From: Candidatus Pacearchaeota archaeon
GTDB lineage: Archaea > Nanobdellota > Nanobdellia > Pacearchaeales > GW2011-AR1
Reading direction: 5' to 3'
NCBI GenBank assembly: GCA_050124795.1
Contig: JASFEO010000019.1
Location: 1 to 14,758 of the forward strand
Length of the DNA: 14,758 nt
The notes beneath the pieces were generated by a model, which worked only from the letters and a program-made list of their open reading frames with translations, was not told the DNA's origin and did not search any database. Shown here piece after piece: positions 8,554 to 14,758 of the stretch. The first letter of the stretch is position 1; every line of letters begins with the position of its first letter. The position numbers and the translations under genes are program-made.

Positions 8554-9762
8554 TTAGTTCATAACATACTCAACTTCTTCATCATTAAGTTTAAGTTCTT
8601 TTTGAATTTCCGGATTTGATTTTATAATTTCTTTAATTAAATAAAATTCATGCATTGCTCTCTTTAGTCCGACGTGAACTAACTTTGCATACTTTTGCGC
8701 TATGGATTTTTTCTTCATGCTCCTTTGATTATTAAGCCAGATTTTCAAAATCCTCGTCGGTTTTTTATAATTTGTAAAACCTGTTTTCACATCTTTTTTT
8801 GATGCAGCAATTCCAAAACTCAAAAAAATATTTTCATAAACTAAAAATCTCCAATATTGCTGACGATAAATTCTCCTCTTGAAAATATCTGTTCTTGAAA
8901 GTTTTTCATAAGCTCTTGCTAATTCAATTTCTGAATACTCAATTGGAATATTTTCTTCAACCCAAAGCATGATTTCGTCAATGTTCATATTAACTGAATC
9001 ATACACCCCCAAAGTTTCATTAGTTGGTTTTCCCTTGAAGACTTTTCTTAATGCATTAAAAATATCTGACTCTTTGTTTCTTTCATCAAATTCAATTAAC
9101 GCATGGTCTTTAACTTTTGAAATTGACTGCAAATCATTAATCGCCGCCCGCAAATCACCCCTGGCCTTAATTGCAAGTTTAGTTAAAACCTCATTATCAA
9201 TAAAATGGTTTTCCTTTTGCAAAATTTGTATCATCATATTTTTTATTTGCATGTATCCGATTTCTTTAAGCTGCGCAACTTCTGCTGATTTTCTAAGTGA
9301 GTTTAATTTTTTATTCCAAATATCATTTGCAGTAATGATAACAGGGTAAGAAGTTAATTGAATTAAAGATAAAAGTTCAGTCAACCCCCCCCTGTCAACA
9401 GCTGAAATACCGTCGACTTCATCAACTAAAATAATTTTATTTTTTTTAACCAAAGACTTTTGTTCAATTGCTGGTTTTAAAATTTCTCTTAATTTATTTT
9501 TGTTTCTTAAGTCTGAAGCATTAAGTTCAAAAATTTCTGCATTAGTTTCATTTGCAATTGCATATGCTAATGTAGTTTTGCCAACACCTGGAGAACCATG
9601 CAAAATCAAGGCTTTTTTTAGCAACCTTTTTCTTGCAACTTTCTGCAGATTAAATGAATTTAGAAAATCTTTTATTTTTTTTATGACTTCTTCCTGACCA
9701 ATAACTTCCTGGAATTTTTTTGGCCTGTATTTTTCAACCCATGGAATTAAATCTTTTTTCAT
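8554..9762 (-). CDS. rfcL: Replication factor C large subunit
   Basis: PWVEKYRPK, Walker A GSPGVGKT, ELNASD, DEVD, GDLRAAINDLQ and WVEEN. The start overlaps the upstream gene stop (ATGA). Confidence 0.95.
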   Translation of the reverse strand: MKKDLIPWVEKYRPKKFQEVIGQEEVIKKIKDFLNSFNLQKVARKRLLKKALILHGSPGVGKTTLAYAIANETNAEIFELNASDLRNKNKLREILKPAIEQKSLVKKNKIILVDEVDGISAVDRGGLTELLSLIQLTSYPVIITANDIWNKKLNSLRKSAEVAQLKEIGYMQIKNMMIQILQKENHFIDNEVLTKLAIKARGDLRAAINDLQSISKVKDHALIEFDERNKESDIFNALRKVFKGKPTNETLGVYDSVNMNIDEIMLWVEENIPIEYSEIELARAYEKLSRTDIFKRRIYRQQYWRFLVYENIFLSFGIAASKKDVKTGFTNYKKPTRILKIWLNNQRSMKKKSIAQKYAKLVHVGLKRAMHEFYLIKEIIKSNPEIQKELKLNDEEVEYVMN

Positions 9763-10739
9763 CCTATAAGTTCCCTCCAATTATTTTTATAATATTCATA
9801 CTTCTCACTAAATACTTCCTTTGGTGTCTCACAAATTCCAAGCTCTCTCAACTTTTCTTTTAATTCTCTTAAAATAATTTCCTTGTTATACTCATTCCCT
9901 ATCTTTTCTAATTCCAAAATATAACCATAACCCTTAGTGTAATCAACACAAACTTTTATTTCATTCCACTTAAATTGATTTCTTGTTCTTAGCCATTTAA
10001 TCTTTACATTGTGCCCGAGTTTATTCAAAAATTTCTCCAGATTTTCAAAATCATCCCTTCTTGTTTTTATTTCAATCTCTTCCATAAATTCATCATGCAC
10101 ATTCCCTGACTTATGCCAAAGTTTTGCTCCATCTGAATTTCTTTGAATTCTCAAATTTGAATTCTCATCAAAATAAAATGTCTCCTGAAAATCCTCCTTC
10201 ACAAACTCTGCATTATCCTTAAAAAATAAAAGAAGTTTTTCATATTCTTCTTTTGGAATAAAGGTCTGAACTTCTATTTCAATATTTTTCTCCTTTTCTT
10301 TTATGTAAAATTTTTTCTGCTTATAATTTTCTAAAACTTTCTTAGTTGGGAAGTAAATATTCTCCGGCAGGTTGTCAAATACAAACCATCTCCATTCAGT
10401 TATTTCATCTGGTTCCATCACCTTCGGGTTTCCTTCAAATTCATCTGTAAACATTCCGATTGTAATAAAATGCGCATGCTCATTTCTATCCTGATTGATG
10501 CAAATTACTTTTGGGTTTTTTATCCTCATCCCTGTTTCTTCAAGAACTTCTCTTTTGGCACCCTCTTCAAAACTTTCTTTAAAATCTAATTCCCCTCCAG
10601 GCATTGTCCAAACATCAGAAACTCTAAACACTGAATCTGCTTTTTCAGGATTCTCATGCCTTTTACCAAGAAGAACTTCACCCGCGCTATTTAAAATCAT
10701 AACTCCAAAACCAGTGCCTATGTTTTTTTCATCCCCCAT
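9759..10739 (-). CDS. NUDIX hydrolase - CYTH (class IV adenylate cyclase/triphosphatase-like) fusion
   Basis: Intact Nudix box GGELDFKESFEEGAKREVLEETGM, followed by CYTH elements EIEVQ, QETFYF, LRIQ, EEIEI and VCVD...GYILELE. Start placed at ATG 10739, 1 nt after the upstream stop. Confidence 0.85.
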   Translation of the reverse strand: MGDEKNIGTGFGVMILNSAGEVLLGKRHENPEKADSVFRVSDVWTMPGGELDFKESFEEGAKREVLEETGMRIKNPKVICINQDRNEHAHFITIGMFTDEFEGNPKVMEPDEITEWRWFVFDNLPENIYFPTKKVLENYKQKKFYIKEKEKNIEIEVQTFIPKEEYEKLLLFFKDNAEFVKEDFQETFYFDENSNLRIQRNSDGAKLWHKSGNVHDEFMEEIEIKTRRDDFENLEKFLNKLGHNVKIKWLRTRNQFKWNEIKVCVDYTKGYGYILELEKIGNEYNKEIILRELKEKLRELGICETPKEVFSEKYEYYKNNWRELIG

Positions 10740-10740
10740 T

Positions 10741-11049
10741 TTAGATTCTTCCATGAGAAGTTTCATTTTTAGAAAAGTATGAATAAAACCTATGATACTT
10801 GTTTGCAAATTTTATTATTTTTCTTGAAGATTTAGGAATATAACAAAAGTCAAAAGGAGTATCTATTGGCCTCTCTAATCTCTCTAAATACTTTCCTGCT
10901 CTTATTTTTCTTAATTTAAATTGAAGTTGTTCTGTACCTGTCCCAGCAAATTCATGAAGTTCCATTAATGAAAGTTCAACTAATCTTGATTTAGTATTTT
11001 TGTAAATTCTATCTGCGTTGTTTGTAAATTTGAATGGAAACATTTTCAA
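10741..11049 (-). CDS. Hypothetical protein (about 100 aa)
   Basis: Fills the gap between rfcS and the NUDIX-CYTH gene, with a TAA-A-ATG junction. Confidence 0.55.
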   Translation of the reverse strand: MKMFPFKFTNNADRIYKNTKSRLVELSLMELHEFAGTGTEQLQFKLRKIRAGKYLERLERPIDTPFDFCYIPKSSRKIIKFANKYHRFYSYFSKNETSHGRI

Positions 11050-11070
11050 TCTTTTCTTATTTCAAAATTT

Positions 11071-12030
11071 TTACTTCCCTAACCCTGCCAAAACAAAACT
11101 TGCAATTAAAGACTGCAATTGTATAAATGGGTCTGAGCCTTCTGTAATTCTAAATTCAACTTCACCTGTCTTTTCAGTGAGTTTAACTTTTATTGTAGGT
11201 TCAATCGGCAGATTCCAGATTTCTTTTTGAATTGCTTTAATTACATCTTGTCCTGAAATGCTTTCCTTGAGCATCACATCTAAAAGTTTCTCCCGCGACT
11301 TTTGAAAATCTCCTGACAAAGCATAATCTAAAACTATTCTTATGTCTTTAGGTTTTGCATTTGAAATAATTGTTGACAATAAATCCTTTGTTATCGACGG
11401 AGAAATCGAGGCAGTTGACTGCAAAATATTAATTGCCCGGCGGCAATCACCCTCACTTCCTTCATACAAAGTTTCAATTGCCTCATCATTAATTGTTAAA
11501 TTTTCACGTTCTGCAATTCTTTGAATAACTCTTGCAACATCTTTTTTTTCTAAAAGTTTAAACCTTAAAACAACACAACGCGACTGAATCGGGTCAATTA
11601 TTTTGCTTGAATAATTGCATGACAAAATAAACCTGCATGTTGAAGAATAATTTTCCATTGTTCGGCGTAATGCCTGCTGCGCCTCCGGAGTCAATGCATC
11701 TGCTTCATCCAGAAAAATAACTTTAAATGGAACATTTCCCAAAGACTTTGTCCTTGCAAAATCCTTAACTTTTTCACGAACAATATTAATCCCTCTCTCA
11801 TCAGATGCATTTAATTCTAAATAATTATCTTTCCAATTTGAGCCAAATAAGTTTTTCACAACAACCAAAGCAAGAGTTGATTTCCCGGTCCCGGCAGGGC
11901 CTGCAAAAAGTAAATGGGGGATATTCATTGAATTAGTAAGCGCTTCAACCCTTTTCACAATATCATCCTGCCCGACAATTTCCAAAAATCTAACCGGCCT
12001 GAACTTTTCTGTCCAAATCTCGCTTGCCAT
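11071..12030 (-). CDS. rfcS: Replication factor C small subunit
   Basis: WTEKFRP, PHLLFAGPAGTGKS, LELNASDERGI, DEAD, AQQALRRTME and IQSRC motifs. Confidence 0.97.
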   Translation of the reverse strand: MASEIWTEKFRPVRFLEIVGQDDIVKRVEALTNSMNIPHLLFAGPAGTGKSTLALVVVKNLFGSNWKDNYLELNASDERGINIVREKVKDFARTKSLGNVPFKVIFLDEADALTPEAQQALRRTMENYSSTCRFILSCNYSSKIIDPIQSRCVVLRFKLLEKKDVARVIQRIAERENLTINDEAIETLYEGSEGDCRRAINILQSTASISPSITKDLLSTIISNAKPKDIRIVLDYALSGDFQKSREKLLDVMLKESISGQDVIKAIQKEIWNLPIEPTIKVKLTEKTGEVEFRITEGSDPFIQLQSLIASFVLAGLGK

Positions 12031-12051
12031 AAGGAAACTATTTCAAAACGG

Positions 12052-12073
12052 TTAATAAAGATTTCTGTGATAA
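12052..12073 (-). repeat. 22-bp direct repeat copy 1, predicted BRE/TATA promoter of rfcS
   Basis: The + strand reads TTAATAAAGATTTCTGTGATAA (minus strand TTATCACAGAAATCTTTATTAA), ending 21 nt before the rfcS ATG. Confidence 0.9.
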
Positions 12074-12077
12074 GAAT

Positions 12078-12302
12078 CTACTTACGCAAATATCCTTTCA
12101 GGAAAATTGGGTGCAGACCTTGGGTTGTTATTTTGCGAAAAGTTGCATAACTAACATCAAAATAATCCTGCCAACGATTATAGAATTTTTTAAGTCTTTC
12201 ATCTAAGGTGCTATTTGGAAATTTAACTCTTCCGAGAACCTCTTTCTCAAGAGCGCTCATGAAATTGAAATATGTTTTGTAAAACTCTATACCCTTATTC
12301 AT
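12078..12302 (-). CDS. Small hypothetical protein (74 aa), apparent paralog of 13287-13442
   Basis: Has its own TATA box 21 nt upstream and shares a motif with the 51-aa ORF. Confidence 0.75.
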   Translation of the reverse strand: MNKGIEFYKTYFNFMSALEKEVLGRVKFPNSTLDERLKKFYNRWQDYFDVSYATFRKITTQGLHPIFLKGYLRK

Positions 12303-12323
12303 ATATTCTAAAGAGTTAATCCC

Positions 12324-12345
12324 TTAATAAAGATTTCTGTGATAA
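12324..12345 (-). repeat. 22-bp direct repeat copy 2, predicted promoter of the 74-aa gene
   Basis: Identical to 12052-12073 and ends 21 nt before ATG 12302. Confidence 0.9.
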
Positions 12346-12346
12346 T

Positions 12347-12372
12347 AGTATCTCCAAGAACTCGGAGATACT
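12347..12372. promoter_or_regulatory. Inverted repeat in a divergent promoter region
   Basis: AGTATCTCC-AAGAACTC-GGAGATACT has perfect 9-bp arms. Confidence 0.6.
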
Positions 12373-12416
12373 GTCAAAAACAAAATATTTTTATATCTAT
12401 TAATTTAGCCTTAATT

Positions 12417-12860
12417 ATGGCAATTGAAACAGCGCCGTTTTTTGTAAAGCCTCACAAGATATTTGAGCGCAAGGATATATTTGCTTTTCTAACTGCGAAA
12501 TTAGTTTGCGAAGGGGGATTTAATCTTGATTATAAGGATGTTCTGACTCCTCCTCGAGGGTTTTATGAAGAATTCTATCTCCCTCTAAAAGAGAAAAGTC
12601 CTGAATCATTCCGGCTTGTAATAGAAAATTATCCCAATCAATATGGAGGTATGATTGCATTAGCTCTTGTTTCCGGGAGTGATATCTTTAACAGATTAGA
12701 TATAATATCCGGGCCAACAAGATATAAAGACAATCCTCCATGGACAATCAGAGGAAAATTCGGTCCATATGAAATGCCAAACACAATCTGCCATGCCTCA
12801 AGAAATCAGAAAGAAGCAGAACATGATTTAATGGTCCTTAAGAAATTTGATTTAATTTAA
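12417..12860 (+). CDS. ndk: Nucleoside diphosphate kinase-like protein (divergent)
   Basis: FVKP, EEFY, GPT...PWTIRGKFG and CHASRNQKEAEHDL with the catalytic His. TTTTTATA about 21 nt upstream supports ATG 12417. Confidence 0.75.
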   Translation: MAIETAPFFVKPHKIFERKDIFAFLTAKLVCEGGFNLDYKDVLTPPRGFYEEFYLPLKEKSPESFRLVIENYPNQYGGMIALALVSGSDIFNRLDIISGPTRYKDNPPWTIRGKFGPYEMPNTICHASRNQKEAEHDLMVLKKFDLI

Positions 12861-13252
12861 TAACATTTTACTCTATGTCTTTGGTTTCCTCTTGATAAAC
12901 ATTCATCTGAAATCTTTCTAAGGAAGTTCTGCGTATTATCCACTTCCTCATTAGAAACATCCTGGTTTAGTTTAAGGCGATGAATTAGACTTATTGTTTC
13001 TTTAACATTTTCTCTGGAGATTTCTGTTCCTCCTAATACCTTGCTATATTGATATCTCGTGTCCCAGTTTCCAAGCATATCATCTATTTCAAATGACTTC
13101 TCTAATTCAGAAAGAAACTTCAGAGAATCATCAAGAACAAGGGGATTTGGTTTATATTGTCTTTTATTCTGCATTAATCCTAGTTCCATACTAGTTTTAG
13201 CGCTTCTAACCCCTAAATTAAAATAAGTTAAGTCTAATGTACATCTTGCCAT
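12857..13252 (-). CDS. Hypothetical protein (131 aa)
   Basis: ATG start with a TTTTTATA box about 21 nt upstream on the minus strand. Confidence 0.7.
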   Translation of the reverse strand: MARCTLDLTYFNLGVRSAKTSMELGLMQNKRQYKPNPLVLDDSLKFLSELEKSFEIDDMLGNWDTRYQYSKVLGGTEISRENVKETISLIHRLKLNQDVSNEEVDNTQNFLRKISDECLSRGNQRHRVKCY

Positions 13253-13286
13253 AAAATAATTAACTTTCTTAAGTATAAAAAGATTA

Positions 13287-13442
13287 TTATTCTCTATTTG
13301 ATAATTCAGAATAAGCCAATCCCTCTAGCATAATTTTTTTGAATGTTTGGCAATCCACATCCATCATATCAAAATTAGCCATGTAATATCTTTTTAATTG
13401 CTCTTCGTCAGTAAAATCTATTTTATTGCTTAATTCGCCCAT
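13287..13442 (-). CDS. Small hypothetical protein (51 aa, not in the ORF track)
   Basis: Translates as MGELSNKIDFTDEEQLKRYYMANFDMMDVDCQTFKKIMLEGLAYSELSNRE*. It fills an intergenic gap, resembles the 74-aa ORF, and has GAAAGTCTATTAAA about 21 nt upstream. Confidence 0.7.
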   Translation of the reverse strand: MGELSNKIDFTDEEQLKRYYMANFDMMDVDCQTFKKIMLEGLAYSELSNRE

Positions 13443-13464
13443 AGTAACCTAAGAGATATTTGAT

Positions 13465-13836
13465 TTAATAGACTTTCACATGTTCTCCTTCAAGGTCTGC
13501 TAATACTCCGCTGTCTGCTAATAATTTTGGAGTCATTGAGTTTGTAAAAATTTTCATCCAAAAATTTGTCCCAAAAGTTTTGTCAACATATTTATGAGAA
13601 GTAAGTTGAATTACATAATTGTCTTCTGGGCAGTGTTTTCTTATTGTTTCCTCACTTTGTTTGAAGTAAGATCCAAATTGGTCATAAGGATTTAACTTAG
13701 TTCTGCAAACAGGACAAGTGTCAAGACTTAAGTTTTCAAGGTTTTCTTTTATAACTTCCTTGTTAAAGGGCAATCTTCCTGCATTTTTAGGCCAATCATT
13801 TCTGATTTTAAATTTGCCTCTTAAATCTTTTCCCAT
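13465..13836 (-). CDS. Hypothetical protein, possible zinc ribbon
   Basis: Contains CPVC...HCPED. Confidence 0.65.
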   Translation of the reverse strand: MGKDLRGKFKIRNDWPKNAGRLPFNKEVIKENLENLSLDTCPVCRTKLNPYDQFGSYFKQSEETIRKHCPEDNYVIQLTSHKYVDKTFGTNFWMKIFTNSMTPKLLADSGVLADLEGEHVKVY

Positions 13837-13890
13837 GGAAAAATAAAAAGATATGCTTTTATATTAATTTCTATGATTTAATATCTATAT

Positions 13891-14436
13891 TCAATATCTA
13901 AACTCAATTTCCTCTGCAAGTTTCTTAATTAATTCAGGAGAACCCCTGTTTTTTGCTTTTGCCCATGCATCCATGTGCTCTTTATTGAGAACTTTTATTT
14001 TTCCTTTTTTTAGTGCGCTTAATCCTGTTTTTCCAATTAGCTTTTTTTCTTTTGTGTCATATGCAATTGCTGTGACGTCCAATGGAGAAGTTTCCAAAAA
14101 ATTTTTCATATTGGTTTCTAGTCCGATTCTCATCAAAAAGTCAAGACTATTTAATGGAACAAGGTCTCCTGCAATTTTTCCATTTTTAAATTTAGGATTT
14201 CCTGATCCGTTTTTAGTCACAATCCATTCTTGGTTGTTCTCAGACATTGCAACTTCTTCTACGATAAAATCATAATCCTTTGGAACTGCAGGTTTTTTGC
14301 TATGCATTAATTTTGCAAGCGATTTGTAAACTGCTCCGCCGATTAACCATATTTTTCCTTTAGAATTATCTTTTGCAAAATTTAAGGCTTTCAAATAATC
14401 TTTATTATTCTCAAGATAATCTATAAAATCTTTCAT
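13891..14436 (-). CDS. Minimal class II nucleotidyltransferase (poly(A) polymerase/CCA head domain-like)
   Basis: IWLIGGAVY...KDYDFIV, DLV, LDVTAIAYD and GLSALKKGKIK motifs. Confidence 0.75.
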   Translation of the reverse strand: MKDFIDYLENNKDYLKALNFAKDNSKGKIWLIGGAVYKSLAKLMHSKKPAVPKDYDFIVEEVAMSENNQEWIVTKNGSGNPKFKNGKIAGDLVPLNSLDFLMRIGLETNMKNFLETSPLDVTAIAYDTKEKKLIGKTGLSALKKGKIKVLNKEHMDAWAKAKNRGSPELIKKLAEEIEFRY

Positions 14437-14473
14437 AAATTTATTTAGAAAAGTTATTAATAAATCTTTAGAA

Positions 14474-14590
14474 TTACTTGCTTCTGGCTCTCTTTAACTT
14501 TCTCTTTCGCTTTTCTTTTCTAAGTCTTTTACGCTGCCACTTCCAACGCATTTGCAATTTTTTCTTCCACCTTCGACTTGATCGTTTCAT
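14474..14590 (-). CDS. rpl41e: Ribosomal protein L41e (eL41/eS32), not in the ORF track
   Basis: Translates as MKRSSRRWKKKLQMRWKWQRKRLRKEKRKRKLKRARSK*, with the archaeal L41e pattern WKKK.xMRWKW..KR. Upstream promoter-like sequence GAAATCTTTAAAAA. Confidence 0.85.
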   Translation of the reverse strand: MKRSSRRWKKKLQMRWKWQRKRLRKEKRKRKLKRARSK

Positions 14591-14652
14591 AATGACTTAA
14601 GAAAATTTTGCTTTTTAAAGATTTCCTCTTCACATGTTATGTTGAAAAAGTC

Positions 14653-14708
14653 TTCAGGGAAAAATAGATAATCCCTGAAAACATAGATATCATGAGGTGA
14701 TATCTATG
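14653..14708 (+). promoter_or_regulatory. Two inverted repeats, the second sequestering an SD and ATG
   Basis: TTCAGGGA-N11-TCCCTGAA (14653-14679) and CATAGATATCA-TGAGG-TGATATCTATG (14682-14708). The second contains SD GAGGTGA and ATG 14706. Confidence 0.7.
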
Positions 14709-14758
14709 AAAAAACAAGAAAAACTAACTAGAAAAATTAAACGGTTTTTGAAAAGAAT
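14706..14758 (+). CDS. N-terminus of a truncated ORF, possibly an IS5-like transposase
   Basis: MKKQEKLTRKIKRFLKR follows a strong SD. It resembles archaeal IS5-type transposase N-termini as I recall them, but only 17 codons are visible. Confidence 0.45.
   Translation, partial: MKKQEKLTRKIKRFLKR

Noticed and set aside
11071-12030. Intein in rfcS, a known archaeal intein host
   Set aside because: The length of 319 aa and contiguous motifs leave no room for an insertion.
12052-12345. CRISPR interpretation of the 22-bp repeat
   Set aside because: Only two copies, separated by 250 bp containing a gene, and no cas genes in the window.
2881-12416. Upstream alternative starts in the track (2881, 3512, 7415, 9780, 10808, 12339)
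   Set aside because: Downstream ATGs fit SD or TATA spacing and stop-start coupling better.
231-14275. Antisense or out-of-frame ORFs in the track (231-488, 1401-1853, 1840-2082, 3194-3385, 3577-3777, 3663-3887, 4964-5194, 7148-7339, 8969-9349, 9500-9697, 10495-10782, 11018-11230, 11342-11524, 13973-14275)
   Set aside because: They are shadows overlapping better-supported genes, mostly Phe/Ser/Leu-rich mirrors of Lys/Glu-rich coding strands.
1-14758. tRNA or rRNA genes
   Set aside because: I saw no GC-rich intergenic stretch long enough, and no cloverleaf.

Overview
AT-rich archaeal window, most consistent with a small-genome DPANN lineage such as Pacearchaeota/Woesearchaeota (inferred from archaeal-type PheRS, RFC, type II MetAP, Rpp30, eL41 and TATA boxes about 21-25 nt before start codons). 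Housekeeping genes are adk, an Rpp30-like gene, pheS, pheT, map, rfcL, rfcS and a ribosomal eL41 gene missing from the ORF track. Two subunit gene pairs are separated by accessory genes: pheS/[NYN RNase, MazG, two orphans]/pheT and rfcS/[orphan, NUDIX-CYTH fusion]/rfcL. The right third holds small orphan genes, a divergent NDK and a minimal class II nucleotidyltransferase. The most striking signals are: (i) a 74-aa gene bracketed by a perfect 22-bp direct repeat that looks like the BRE-TATA promoter itself; (ii) an uncalled 51-aa apparent paralog of that gene about 1 kb away; and (iii) a GC-rich hairpin leader in front of the NYN nuclease. The left edge is an IS3/IS481-type transposase tail, and the right edge is probably the start of another IS.
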